A stretch of 64,000 bases of DNA. Source: Terrimicrobiaceae bacterium (lineage in GTDB: Bacteria; Verrucomicrobiota; Verrucomicrobiia; Chthoniobacterales; Terrimicrobiaceae). Of this stretch, positions 45,760 to 54,934 are shown in pieces. The first letter of the stretch is position 1, and each line of letters begins with the position of its first letter. The stretch lies in NCBI GenBank assembly GCA_044369905.1, contig JBILWM010000003.1:85-64084 (forward strand), given 5' to 3'. The notes beneath the pieces were generated by a model. It saw only the letters and a program-made list of their open reading frames with translations, was not told the origin of the DNA and did no database searches. Both the position numbers and the translations under genes were made by a program.

Positions 45760-46989
45760 TTAGAATGCCGCCGCCGCAGCGGCCTTGTTCGGGTAGATAT
45801 CCAACGGTGCGGTGCTTGCGAAGGGATTTGGGAGATCCTTCAGGGCGGCGACCTGGAGGTTTGTGGAAACAACCGTCGGCAGGTTTGGGAGGTTGTCCGC
45901 GTCGTCGCCGACGATCCGCCATTTGATATCAAGGCTGTTGCACTCATGGATGATCGATGCCACCGCCCGGATGAGCGGGATTTCGAATTTCGACACGCCA
46001 GTGAGGTCGATGATGAGCTTGGCGAAGCCCGCGTTCACGAAGTCGGCGATTTTCTTCCGCGACTGGCGGGTGAGGTCGAGACTGCCGGTCTCGGAGAGAT
46101 CCTGCGGGATGGTGACCACCTGGCAATCGCCTTCACTGCTGTAGAAAATCGGCGTGATGTCGAGATCCATGGCGCGTGCGATGCGGTCGGGGAGTTCACC
46201 GAGTTCCAAAGGCTTGGTGAAGATGGCGTGATAGCCGGTTTCCTTGGCCTCGTTTTGGTCGAAGGTGGCGGTTTTGACAGAGAGGCCGACCAAGGGAACG
46301 CCCTTGAGAGCGGGGTTCATGCGGACGGACTGGTAAAATTTCAGCGCGCCCTTGCCGGGAAAGGCGAGGCTGACGAGGATGGCGTCAGGCGTCTCCTCCG
46401 CAGAAACCGTGGTGGCTATGTGTGGCTGAGCTTCGGCCGGGCCGGGACAGCTCACGACTTTCCAGCCGCGCTTGGAGACCGCCTTGGCGATGGATTCCGC
46501 GATGGCGGGGTGCTCGTCCACGACGAGGATTTTAATGGCATCGGTCGCGATGCGGGCTTTTTTGGCGGCTGGGGCCGATGCAGCCGGAGCCGGTGCAGGA
46601 GCTGCGGCGCCCTTTGGCTTGAGCGTGACGAGGCGCGAAACGCGGTCGATCAAATTCGCCTCGGTGAACGGCTTCACGATATAGTCACGCACACCCATTT
46701 TGGCGATTTTGAGCACATTCTCCTTGCCCGCCTCGGCGGTGAGCATGACCACGGGAATATCCTTGAGCGCGGGATCGGCTTTGAGTTTTCCGAGGCACTC
46801 CACGCCATCCATGACGGGCATGGTGACATCCAGCAGAATGACATCGGGTTGTTCCCGGGCGGCGACCTCGAGTCCCTCGGCTCCGTTGTTGGCGAAGACC
46901 ATTTGGACATCGTAAGGCGCAAAGCCTTTGTTGATGAGGGTGTGGATCATTCGACTGTCGTCGACGCTGAGAATTTTAGGTGAGTTCAT
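45760..46989 (-). CDS. response regulator with receiver - degenerate receiver - STAS-like C-terminal domain
   Basis: REC1 motifs are ILSVDDSRMI, VILLDVTMPVMDG and VKPF. After an Ala/Pro linker, a second receiver-like domain has ILVVDEH. The C-terminal region resembles an anti-sigma-antagonist (STAS) fold. Confidence 0.75.
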   Translation of the reverse strand: MNSPKILSVDDSRMIHTLINKGFAPYDVQMVFANNGAEGLEVAAREQPDVILLDVTMPVMDGVECLGKLKADPALKDIPVVMLTAEAGKENVLKIAKMGVRDYIVKPFTEANLIDRVSRLVTLKPKGAAAPAPAPAASAPAAKKARIATDAIKILVVDEHPAIAESIAKAVSKRGWKVVSCPGPAEAQPHIATTVSAEETPDAILVSLAFPGKGALKFYQSVRMNPALKGVPLVGLSVKTATFDQNEAKETGYHAIFTKPLELGELPDRIARAMDLDITPIFYSSEGDCQVVTIPQDLSETGSLDLTRQSRKKIADFVNAGFAKLIIDLTGVSKFEIPLIRAVASIIHECNSLDIKWRIVGDDADNLPNLPTVVSTNLQVAALKDLPNPFASTAPLDIYPNKAAAAAAF

Positions 46990-46995
46990 TATTCC

Positions 46996-47487
46996 CTAAT
47001 TTTCCAACGCGGCAAAGACCAGCACGCGCAGCGAGTCGGCGGATCCCTCGATGGCGTAGTCGTTGCCCACGCAGATGGTGGCGTTCTTGGCTAAAACGGA
47101 AATTTCGTCGCCCCGCATCACGCTGGGGATGCTGAGGGTGCAGTTGTAGCCTATGTCGCAGAGGGTGGATTTGAGGTTGCCGGTGATCATGTTTGTGAGT
47201 TCGGCCACGACATCCAAGACATCCTGCTCGCCAGCGGCGCCGCCGATGATTTTCTCGGCGACATGCTTGCTGAGGCCTTCGGAGTAGGCTGTGTAAACGA
47301 TGCCATTCACCTTGCCGCTGAGGCCGATTTCTCCTGTTAAGCCCTTGAGTTTCGACGGTTGGGGGTAGTTTTCAATTCCCGTGCCGGGAGTGGCGGAGAG
47401 GCCGGCCATGGTCTGAATGACTTCCGGCACATAGAGATTGATTGTTTGAATGAAGAGGGAAGGCCCGGGTTTTTCTGGGCTTGGCAT
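46996..47487 (-). CDS. CheX/CheC-like chemotaxis phosphatase
   Basis: CheX signature helix VVAELTNMITGNLK (ExxN). About 160 aa, directly upstream of the response regulator. Confidence 0.7.
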   Translation of the reverse strand: MPSPEKPGPSLFIQTINLYVPEVIQTMAGLSATPGTGIENYPQPSKLKGLTGEIGLSGKVNGIVYTAYSEGLSKHVAEKIIGGAAGEQDVLDVVAELTNMITGNLKSTLCDIGYNCTLSIPSVMRGDEISVLAKNATICVGNDYAIEGSADSLRVLVFAALEN

Positions 47488-47571
47488 GGCGGTAATTTTG
47501 GGGAGATTTGTTAAAACAAAGATTCAGGCACCGGTCAACTGCAGCATGTCTTTTCTTTGTGGTTTGGTGGA

Positions 47572-49227
47572 TTATTTTGCTTGGGATGCGCTTTCGAGTT
47601 CCAGCGTGATGGTCGGGCGGTCGCAGACCTCGGCTGGGCCGAAGTATTGAATTGGGCCGGGGAATGCGTATTGGGTTTCCTTCGCCCAGGAGGCGCGGTG
47701 TTTTTCGAATTCCTTGAAAGCGGGGCCGTCGAGTTCGACGAGAGCTTTTTTGATGACCGGCACCATTTTGCCGTGGCGGCGTTCCATGTTCATCATTTGG
47801 GCCATCGGGATGCCTCCGGCTTGCCAGTCGGCGGCGGGTTTTGTGAGGCCGCGCACGGAGCAGATGTAGCCTGTGAGGCCCTCGCGGAGGAGGAGTGCGG
47901 CGGTGAAGCCGAGGGTGTAGGTGTAGTCGGCGTCGAAGTTCGAAGGCACGGCGCAGCGGCCCTCGTAGCCGAAATAGTGCGGCTGCGGCGAGAAGCTGGC
48001 TTTGTAAGTGCCGCCGGCTTTCATTTCCTTCAAGCGCGCTTCGACGAGGTCGATGAGGAGGCGCTGGGTGTCGATGCGGGCGACTTGCACATTGCCGTGG
48101 GGATCGCGGTCGAGGATGAGTTGGTTCGCGATGTCATCCGGCAGGCTGCGGTAGAGCGAGGCGGCGGCTGTGGTGAGCTTGGCGGCGACGAATTCGCGTT
48201 TTAGCGGGAGGGATTCCAGCGCGTTAAAGGCTTCGCCGTGGTGGGCGAGGGCCTCGTTGAGTTCGCCGATGAGTGCGCCCATTTCGGGAACGAATTCGAT
48301 GAGGCCCTCGGGAATGAGCACGGTGCCGAATTTTTCGCCGTTCGCCGCGCGGTGGGCCACGGTGTCTGAAATCTGATCGACGATTTGCTTGAGCGTGAGA
48401 CCGCGCTCGGCGACCTCCTCGGAGATGAGTGTAATGTTCGGATGCGTCTGCAGCGCGCATTCCAGGGCGATGTGCGAGGCCGAGCGGCCCATGAGCTTGA
48501 TGAAGTGCCAGTATTTGCGGGCCGAGATGGCGTCGCGCTGGATGTTTCCGATAAGGTCGGAGTAAACCTTGCTGGCCGTGTCGAAGCCGAAGCTCGTCTC
48601 GATGTGTTCGCCGCGCAGGTCGCCATCAATTGTCTTCGGAACGCCGACCACGCAGAGCGGAGCGTTGTTGGCTTTTGCAAACTCGGCGAGCTTCGAGGCG
48701 TTGGAATTTGAGTCGTCACCGCCGATGACCACCAGCGCGGTGAGGTTGCGGGATTTGGCGGTTTCAAGGGCTTTGAGAAAATCCTCGTGCGATTCGAGTT
48801 TCGTGCGGCCCGAGCCGATGATGTCGAACCCACCGGTGTTGCGGTAGCTCTCGAGGAGCTTGGCGTCGATTTCGATGCCCTTGTTCGTGAGAAGGCCGTC
48901 CGGGCCATTCAGGAAGCCGATGAGCGAGCTTTCGGGGTGGATGCTTTTGATGGCGTCGAAGAGCCCAGCGATGACATTGTGTCCACCGGGAGCAGGGCCG
49001 CCGGAGAGGATCACGCCAACCCGGATAGGCGAGGCTGTGGCTGGCGCGGAGCCTTTTTCAAAGGTCACGGCAGGCAGGTCGAAGGTGTTTGGAAAAAGGG
49101 CGCGGATTTCGCTGTCGTCGGATGTCGGCAACGGAGTCTGCTTCGCGGTGGATGCCGCGCTGAGAGAGGTTGGGAGCTTGGGACGATATGCCGAACGGGC
49201 TTGGGCGAGTGCTGTTTGCTGGATCAT
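47572..49227 (-). CDS. pfp: pyrophosphate-dependent 6-phosphofructokinase (long form)
   Basis: GGPAPGGHN, plus the PPi-specific GGDDS (not GGDGS) and PKTIDGDL motifs. Start trimmed to ATG 49227. Confidence 0.88.
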   Translation of the reverse strand: MIQQTALAQARSAYRPKLPTSLSAASTAKQTPLPTSDDSEIRALFPNTFDLPAVTFEKGSAPATASPIRVGVILSGGPAPGGHNVIAGLFDAIKSIHPESSLIGFLNGPDGLLTNKGIEIDAKLLESYRNTGGFDIIGSGRTKLESHEDFLKALETAKSRNLTALVVIGGDDSNSNASKLAEFAKANNAPLCVVGVPKTIDGDLRGEHIETSFGFDTASKVYSDLIGNIQRDAISARKYWHFIKLMGRSASHIALECALQTHPNITLISEEVAERGLTLKQIVDQISDTVAHRAANGEKFGTVLIPEGLIEFVPEMGALIGELNEALAHHGEAFNALESLPLKREFVAAKLTTAAASLYRSLPDDIANQLILDRDPHGNVQVARIDTQRLLIDLVEARLKEMKAGGTYKASFSPQPHYFGYEGRCAVPSNFDADYTYTLGFTAALLLREGLTGYICSVRGLTKPAADWQAGGIPMAQMMNMERRHGKMVPVIKKALVELDGPAFKEFEKHRASWAKETQYAFPGPIQYFGPAEVCDRPTITLELESASQAK

Positions 49228-49287
49228 GGAATGCGATAAAGGAAGACGCTTATTTAGCCTTCCCGAAAACGAACGCAAGCGCGGCCT

Positions 49288-50625
49288 TTACTCGGAAGCG
49301 GGCGGAGTATCCTGCGGCAGCGGAGTGCTCAAGGGATCAGGCGAAGGGGATGGGCTTGGGGTTGGCGAGGGTGTAGGCGTCGGCCACAGGGGCACGAGGT
49401 TTGGCCATTCGTGTAGTGGCACGGTGAGGCCGCCGAGTTCGTCTGCGAGTTGGGTGCATTTTTCCCGCCATTTCGCGAGGTCCGGCGGGGAAGGGGAGGC
49501 ATCGGCGGATCCTGGGAAAACGAGGTAGGTCACATTGAGGTCGCTGGCGGCCCGGATGATATTCGACGAGCGCTGGCTGAGTTCGCGGCAGAGCAGGAGC
49601 GATGCTTCGCCGACTTTGTGGGAGGGGCCGGAATCGCCAAGGATCGCGGGATAGGCGCGGCCTTCGTGGATCACGATGGCGTAGTCCCCGATTTTTGGAA
49701 CAAAGGGGCCAGTATGGTCGCGCATGATGAATCCTGGCAGGACGATGAAGGGGTCCACCGAGGAAACCAGAAAGCTCCATTTCTTGAGGTCGTGGATGCG
49801 GCGGGTGGCGAGGTCGATGCCGTCGTTGATCTGGGTCACGCGCGCCGGCTTGAGGTCGGGCTTGAGTTTTTCGGCTTTGAAATCGGCGAGTTTTTTTTCC
49901 TCGATCGCCAGCATGGGATTCGCCCGCTCGGTCTGTTTCGGCCAGCGGTAGCTCGTTTGGGGGAGGAAGAAAACGGACGACGAATCGACTTGGACATTGC
50001 GGTCGCCATCCGAGCCGTCGGTGTTGACATCCATGTCCGCTATGACGAGGAGCGCGCGGCGCGATGTGTTGGTGTTCTCGAGTTCAAGCATCGTCTCGCA
50101 GTCGTAAAAATTATGCCGAGTGAGCACCGCATCGAGGTTGGCTAGCTTGCGGTTCAGGTCGTTTGTTTTGAGTTCGTAGATTTTTTCGAAAAACGGAGAC
50201 ACCGAAGCGCTGGTAAGCAGGACGGGAAGGTCCTTGAAAACGCCGGGCAGCGAGGGGTCGCTTGCCGCGATGTCTTCGAGCGCGAGGGCCGGCCGAGGCA
50301 GGCGGGCGCGGAGGGTCAACTCGATCTTGTAGGCGTCTGGGTCAACGCGGTCCTGGGATGCCAACTCCAGCGATTTTTCGGCCACGGTGGCAGACTCCAG
50401 TGATATGCCGCTGAAAAGCGTGGCGGTCGGCAGGGGCTTGCGAACCAGCGCGGGGATCGGCTTGGGGGTCGGAACAGGTGTGGGCGTGGGGGAGGGAGTC
50501 GGCGTCGGGGGAGGCGGTGGTGGCGGAGGAGGTTTCGGGCAGGCGGTGAGGCTGAACGCGGCGATGCACACTCCGAGAGCTGCAAATCCCCTGCGCCACT
50601 TGCCTGCCGCCGCGCCCGTTTTCAT
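49288..50625 (-). CDS. secreted lipoprotein with Pro/Thr linkers and a GH75 (chitosanase)-like core
   Basis: Lipobox AFSLTAC. PT-rich runs at both ends (PPPPPPPPPTPTPSPTPTPVPTP; PTPTPSPTPSPSPSPDP). ADMDVNTDGSDGD and GDYAIVIHEGRAYPAILGDSGPSHKVGEASLLL resemble GH75 motifs from memory. Confidence 0.5.
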   Translation of the reverse strand: MKTGAAAGKWRRGFAALGVCIAAFSLTACPKPPPPPPPPPTPTPSPTPTPVPTPKPIPALVRKPLPTATLFSGISLESATVAEKSLELASQDRVDPDAYKIELTLRARLPRPALALEDIAASDPSLPGVFKDLPVLLTSASVSPFFEKIYELKTNDLNRKLANLDAVLTRHNFYDCETMLELENTNTSRRALLVIADMDVNTDGSDGDRNVQVDSSSVFFLPQTSYRWPKQTERANPMLAIEEKKLADFKAEKLKPDLKPARVTQINDGIDLATRRIHDLKKWSFLVSSVDPFIVLPGFIMRDHTGPFVPKIGDYAIVIHEGRAYPAILGDSGPSHKVGEASLLLCRELSQRSSNIIRAASDLNVTYLVFPGSADASPSPPDLAKWREKCTQLADELGGLTVPLHEWPNLVPLWPTPTPSPTPSPSPSPDPLSTPLPQDTPPASE

Positions 50626-50628
50626 TCC

Positions 50629-52482
50629 TCAGGTGTGCGCGATGAAGGCCGAGTAAACATCCGGCGGGATGTCGAGCATCTTGTAGTCGCTGGATGAAAC
50701 GAAGAGCAGGGTTTGTTTGCCCTTGCCGAGAAGCTGTCCGAGCGAGTCGTAGATTTCGTGTTCCAGCGTGGCGAACTTTCGGTTGTAGCCAGCCACGCGG
50801 ATTTTCACCTGCACGGTTTCAAACTCCCGTGTTTCGCGGACAAACTTGTGCTCGAACGAGCGGGTCAGGATGTAGAACGGCGTGTTCTTGAGATTGAACT
50901 TCGGCATGACGCGGTTGAAGAACAGCTCGCGCGCCTTGCCGACCCACATGGCATACATGCCGAAATAGACATTGCCGACCGAGTTAGTGTCCGCATAGGT
51001 CGCGACGAGGGTGTAAACGAACCACTTGTCTTCAAAATGCCCTGCCAGGCTGTGCTGGGAGGCTCCCGGGTCGAGCACGGTAATCGGGCTGGCTACGCTC
51101 ACTGCGCTCTCGGGTGCGGATGCAAGAGCAGAGGATGCCGGAGTATCCAATTCCGCGGCATCGCTCACAAATTCCTCCGAGGAACTTGGCTTGAGCAGTA
51201 GCCAGATCACATAGCCGAGCGGCAGGAGCGAACCAACGATTTGCAGGCTCGGAGAACGCAGGAAGTAGCCGAAGGAAAAAATGACGACCGCAATGCTGCC
51301 GATGCAGAACATTTTCACCTGTGGAATCGCATTCGCCGGGCTGACGATGTAGCAGCGTGCGATCGCTAGGATCGAGTAGCCAACGAAGAAGGTGGCGTAA
51401 AAAATCATGAAAAATTCCAACTCGAAGCGCAGCATCACACCCGCCACGGCAATAATGCCTGCAAGCAAGTAGGCGGGGATCGGCGAGGTGAGGAGCTTGG
51501 GCGGAACGAGTGAGAAGATCGGGTGGTTGCTCGTGCTGGCGTTGGATTGCAGGAACCACTTCAAGGCAATGTAGCCGCTGTCGAGTGTCGTCAGCACACA
51601 CACGCAGATGAACACCGCATAGGCCGCGAAGGTCCAAGACGAGGCGTTCGAGAAGACCATGGTCAGCACTTCCTGGCCATAGTTGTGGCCGGTGATGCCT
51701 ACGCGAATGAACTCGACCGCGCCCCAATTGAGCGCCCAGAGGGCTGTGATGCCGTGCCAGAGGATGAGGCCGAAAAAGAGGAGCGAACCGATGATATATC
51801 CGGCGGCAATGGAGACGCGTTCGCGGTGCATTTGGATCGCCCGCTGCCATTGTTGGAGGTCAAGCCACGGGCCGACGAGGAAGCCGATGATGATCGGCAC
51901 GGCGTAGCCCCAATAGTTCCAGTCGTTCGTTGGCAGCTTGGGAATCGTCAGCGGACCTGTGCCCTTGCCGAGGGTATGCACTGTCAGAATCACCAAAGCC
52001 GGCGCGAGGAGCAGGAAAAGGGCGCCATGGCTGAACTTGATGCGTTTGATGTCGAATTCCTCGCCAAACAAAATCGCGGCCGCCAGCACCACAAACATTG
52101 TGAGCGGCAGGTAGAGAAGCTCGGGACGGAATCCAAGCGGCGCCCAAGCGTAGCGGATGAATGCAAAGATCGTCAGCGTGATCGCGAGCAGCTGATAGAG
52201 AAAAAAAACCAGACGGAACGGCCTCGACCAGGAGGCAAAAAATTTCGCCAGCGACTCGGATCCCGACTCTCTCCTTGCCAAGTGGTGCGTGACCAACCCG
52301 AAGATGAGAAGCCCCAGAAAATTCGGGATCGCAAAGGTCAGCAGTCCGAAGAGTCCGAATTGCGTTGTGAACTGAACCGAGAAGAACAGGCCGAGCCCCC
52401 ACATCCAGGAAAGCGCGACGGAGATTCCCCAGAGCACGGCGCCAAGAGCGCGGGGGATTTGATGAGGCGATGTTTTAGCCAT
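50629..52482 (-). CDS. fusion protein: polytopic membrane domain + C-terminal hotdog-fold acyl-CoA/ACP thioesterase (YbgC/4HBT-like)
   Basis: About 12 hydrophobic helices, then YADTNSVGNVYFGMYAMWVGKARELFF. Start trimmed to ATG 52482. Confidence 0.7.
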   Translation of the reverse strand: MAKTSPHQIPRALGAVLWGISVALSWMWGLGLFFSVQFTTQFGLFGLLTFAIPNFLGLLIFGLVTHHLARRESGSESLAKFFASWSRPFRLVFFLYQLLAITLTIFAFIRYAWAPLGFRPELLYLPLTMFVVLAAAILFGEEFDIKRIKFSHGALFLLLAPALVILTVHTLGKGTGPLTIPKLPTNDWNYWGYAVPIIIGFLVGPWLDLQQWQRAIQMHRERVSIAAGYIIGSLLFFGLILWHGITALWALNWGAVEFIRVGITGHNYGQEVLTMVFSNASSWTFAAYAVFICVCVLTTLDSGYIALKWFLQSNASTSNHPIFSLVPPKLLTSPIPAYLLAGIIAVAGVMLRFELEFFMIFYATFFVGYSILAIARCYIVSPANAIPQVKMFCIGSIAVVIFSFGYFLRSPSLQIVGSLLPLGYVIWLLLKPSSSEEFVSDAAELDTPASSALASAPESAVSVASPITVLDPGASQHSLAGHFEDKWFVYTLVATYADTNSVGNVYFGMYAMWVGKARELFFNRVMPKFNLKNTPFYILTRSFEHKFVRETREFETVQVKIRVAGYNRKFATLEHEIYDSLGQLLGKGKQTLLFVSSSDYKMLDIPPDVYSAFIAHT

Positions 52483-52576
52483 TGATGTCCTACCCATACA
52501 ACGGGCGTGCTGAAGTCGCAACCTCTTCCAAATTCCAATGCCAGCACTGAACAAGTAGTCGCACTTTTGCGTTCAA

Positions 52577-53788
52577 TTGAAGCGCGCGGCCATTTATCAA
52601 GAGCGCGTGTTGTTTCATTCCCAATCTTCCCCTGTTTTCCTGACCGGCTGCGGTGTTCTGGCCGGAGGGGTGGATTCCGTGGGTGCTCTCTTTGAAGACC
52701 TGTGCGATGACAGGCCTGTTGGCGGTCGGCTTCCCGACTCGAAATCGCTGGCGGACATGGCTGGGCTGGACCCGGGTGATGCTTCGATTCTGGCCCGCCA
52801 CCAGCTCCTCGCCTTGGCCGTGGTGGAGCGCGCTTGGAGTTCGGCGGGACTCCCCCCCGAACGCAACCGCCTGCGCGGGGAGGGGACGAAACATCGCTTG
52901 CCTGCGATCGGGTGCGTGAGTGGAAGTTCGCTCGGGGGCTTGGTGGCGATGGAGGAGGACACGGCCGCCTCCGAAAAATTCTCACCGTATTCGATCAGCC
53001 GCTGGCGTGGAAATGCCATCTCCGCCGCTGCGACTCTTCGATATGGGCTCGGGGGAGCGGATTTCTCGCTGAACGCGGCCTCCGCCACCGGAGCGCAGAT
53101 TCTTTACCTAGCTGCTTCATTGGTCGCCTCGGGAATGCTGGATGCCGTGGTGGCCGTGGCGGCGGATGCCGAGGTGTCGCCGTCGCTGAGATCTGCCATG
53201 GGCCGTGGCGGCAGTGTGACGCGAAATTCGGATTGCAGGCCCCTGAGCGCGGGGCGTTCGGGTATGCTCCCTGCGGAGGGTGCCGCCTGCGTGATTTTGG
53301 AGTCCGTCGCCCATACCTCGCGGCGTGGCGCATTGCCCCTAGCCAAGTGGCTTGGTGGAGGATGTGCCAACGAGGCTCGGCATCTCATGGCTCCGGACCC
53401 TGGGGCACAGGTGCTTGAGGGACTTCTTTTGGATGCAAAAAATCAAGGCGCGCCGGTGGATTGGATTTCGCTTCATGCCACTGGGACGCCTCGTTTCGAT
53501 GCGGCAGAGATTGCCTGTGTGCGCCGTGTTTTTGGAAAGGAAGCGCCTTGGATTTCCGCCATGAAAAGAACGACCGGCCATGCGCTGGCGGCGTCCGGTC
53601 TTCTCGAGGCAAGTCTTCTCGCCGAGGGCCTGCGTATCGGGAAATGGCCTGCCTGGCCGGGGAACATAGACCCTTCTTTTGAACTTCCCGTAAACCCGGC
53701 ACCGTCCGCGCATCCGCCCGCCACAGCCCTTCAGATCGGACAGGGCATGGGAGGCACTGTAGTGGTCAACCTGCTGGGCAGGGCTTGA
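52577..53788 (+). CDS. beta-ketoacyl-synthase-like protein with Ser replacing the active-site Cys
   Basis: Aligns to FabF motifs, with NAASATGAQ in place of TACTSG. His contexts are retained (LHATGTPRFDAAE, KRTTGHALAASG). Start is TTG 52577 or GTG 52607. Confidence 0.8.
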   Translation: MKRAAIYQERVLFHSQSSPVFLTGCGVLAGGVDSVGALFEDLCDDRPVGGRLPDSKSLADMAGLDPGDASILARHQLLALAVVERAWSSAGLPPERNRLRGEGTKHRLPAIGCVSGSSLGGLVAMEEDTAASEKFSPYSISRWRGNAISAAATLRYGLGGADFSLNAASATGAQILYLAASLVASGMLDAVVAVAADAEVSPSLRSAMGRGGSVTRNSDCRPLSAGRSGMLPAEGAACVILESVAHTSRRGALPLAKWLGGGCANEARHLMAPDPGAQVLEGLLLDAKNQGAPVDWISLHATGTPRFDAAEIACVRRVFGKEAPWISAMKRTTGHALAASGLLEASLLAEGLRIGKWPAWPGNIDPSFELPVNPAPSAHPPATALQIGQGMGGTVVVNLLGRA

Positions 53789-53803
53789 AGCGGGATAGGC
53801 GGA

Positions 53804-54934
53804 CTACAACTTTGAAGTCGTGTCTCCCGTCCATTTCTGAAGAAGCTCCAGCCAATCTTCAGACATCGTGAATTGGAGCATCGCCTCGTTGATTTGCTCG
53901 TAGTCCTTGTGGCCTTCGCGAACGGGAATCGCGAGGAAGGCCTCGCGAAGCCGGAAGGCGGGAATGTTGACGCGGACAGGCGGTCTGCGTTCGGCGAATT
54001 CCCGGCGCACATAGGAAAGGGTGTTGCGGTCACCCACGACGGCTTCGATTTTACCGGCTGCGAGGTCTTCAAATGCATCCGGGATGTTTTCGTATTCGTG
54101 GGTCATGACGCCGATGCGTTGCAGGATCTGAGCGGAGAGGGATCCCCGGAGCGCTCCGCAGGATAGGTGGTTGAAGTCCGATATGCTTTCGATGCTGTTG
54201 CTCAATTGCGTCGAGGCCATGCTCGATGTGACCGTGGCTGTGAAGGCGGAAACCAGCACCACGCCGAAAATCATCCAGAAAACAGCGATGATCCGCCCGG
54301 CAATGGTCGCCGGTGTTTTGTCGCCGTATCCGACCGTGGTCATGGTGACCGCCGCAAACCAAAGCGCGGAGCCGATGCCGGTGATGCCTCCGTGGAAATG
54401 CCCGGTGCCATGGTGGCGCTCGGCGAACCAGAGCAGGAGGCTGATCGCAAGCATGGCCGCAAAGATGCCGACGAGATATTTTGCGATGGTCCAGTTGAAA
54501 AAGTCCTTTATGACGCTTTTCCACGCCGCCTCCCAGCCCACTTGGCCCAGGGCGATGCAGAGGCTCGAAGTCAGGAAGGGTTGTGTGAAATCCACCAGCT
54601 TCTCGGCCTCCGGAGTTACTTCGATCTCGCCGGCCGCCGCATCGATTTTTCCCTCCGCCACCTGCTGGATGAGATTCTCGTAGGGCACTTCGATGAATTC
54701 AATCGGCAGTCCGGTGTTTTCGCTGATTCCCCTCCAAAGACCTGCCGAAAGGCCCGTCCAAGTGCCATCCGGATTTTTCAAGGCATACGGCGGCTTCTCG
54801 TGAATGCCAATGCGCAGCGGCGTCTTGGCCTCGCGGGCTTGCACGCCTTGAAATGCGCCTGCGAGAAGAAGCAAAAAGAAAGCCAAGCGAGTCGCCCAAC
54901 TCCCCAAGTTGCTTCGTATTCGAATCCCCCGCAT
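53804..54934 (-). CDS. GluR0-type ligand-gated K+ channel (S1 - M1 - P - M2 - S2 architecture)
   Basis: K+ selectivity filter TMTTVGYGD flanked by two TMs. These are inserted between two lobes of a family-3 periplasmic solute-binding fold. Signal peptide FFLLLLAGAFQGVQA. Start ATG 54932-54934 overlaps the upstream stop as TAATG. Confidence 0.85.
   Translation of the reverse strand: MRGIRIRSNLGSWATRLAFFLLLLAGAFQGVQAREAKTPLRIGIHEKPPYALKNPDGTWTGLSAGLWRGISENTGLPIEFIEVPYENLIQQVAEGKIDAAAGEIEVTPEAEKLVDFTQPFLTSSLCIALGQVGWEAAWKSVIKDFFNWTIAKYLVGIFAAMLAISLLLWFAERHHGTGHFHGGITGIGSALWFAAVTMTTVGYGDKTPATIAGRIIAVFWMIFGVVLVSAFTATVTSSMASTQLSNSIESISDFNHLSCGALRGSLSAQILQRIGVMTHEYENIPDAFEDLAAGKIEAVVGDRNTLSYVRREFAERRPPVRVNIPAFRLREAFLAIPVREGHKDYEQINEAMLQFTMSEDWLELLQKWTGDTTSKL

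Noticed and set aside
45748-46983. 411-aa plus-strand ORF
   Set aside because: Antisense shadow of the receiver-receiver-STAS regulator.
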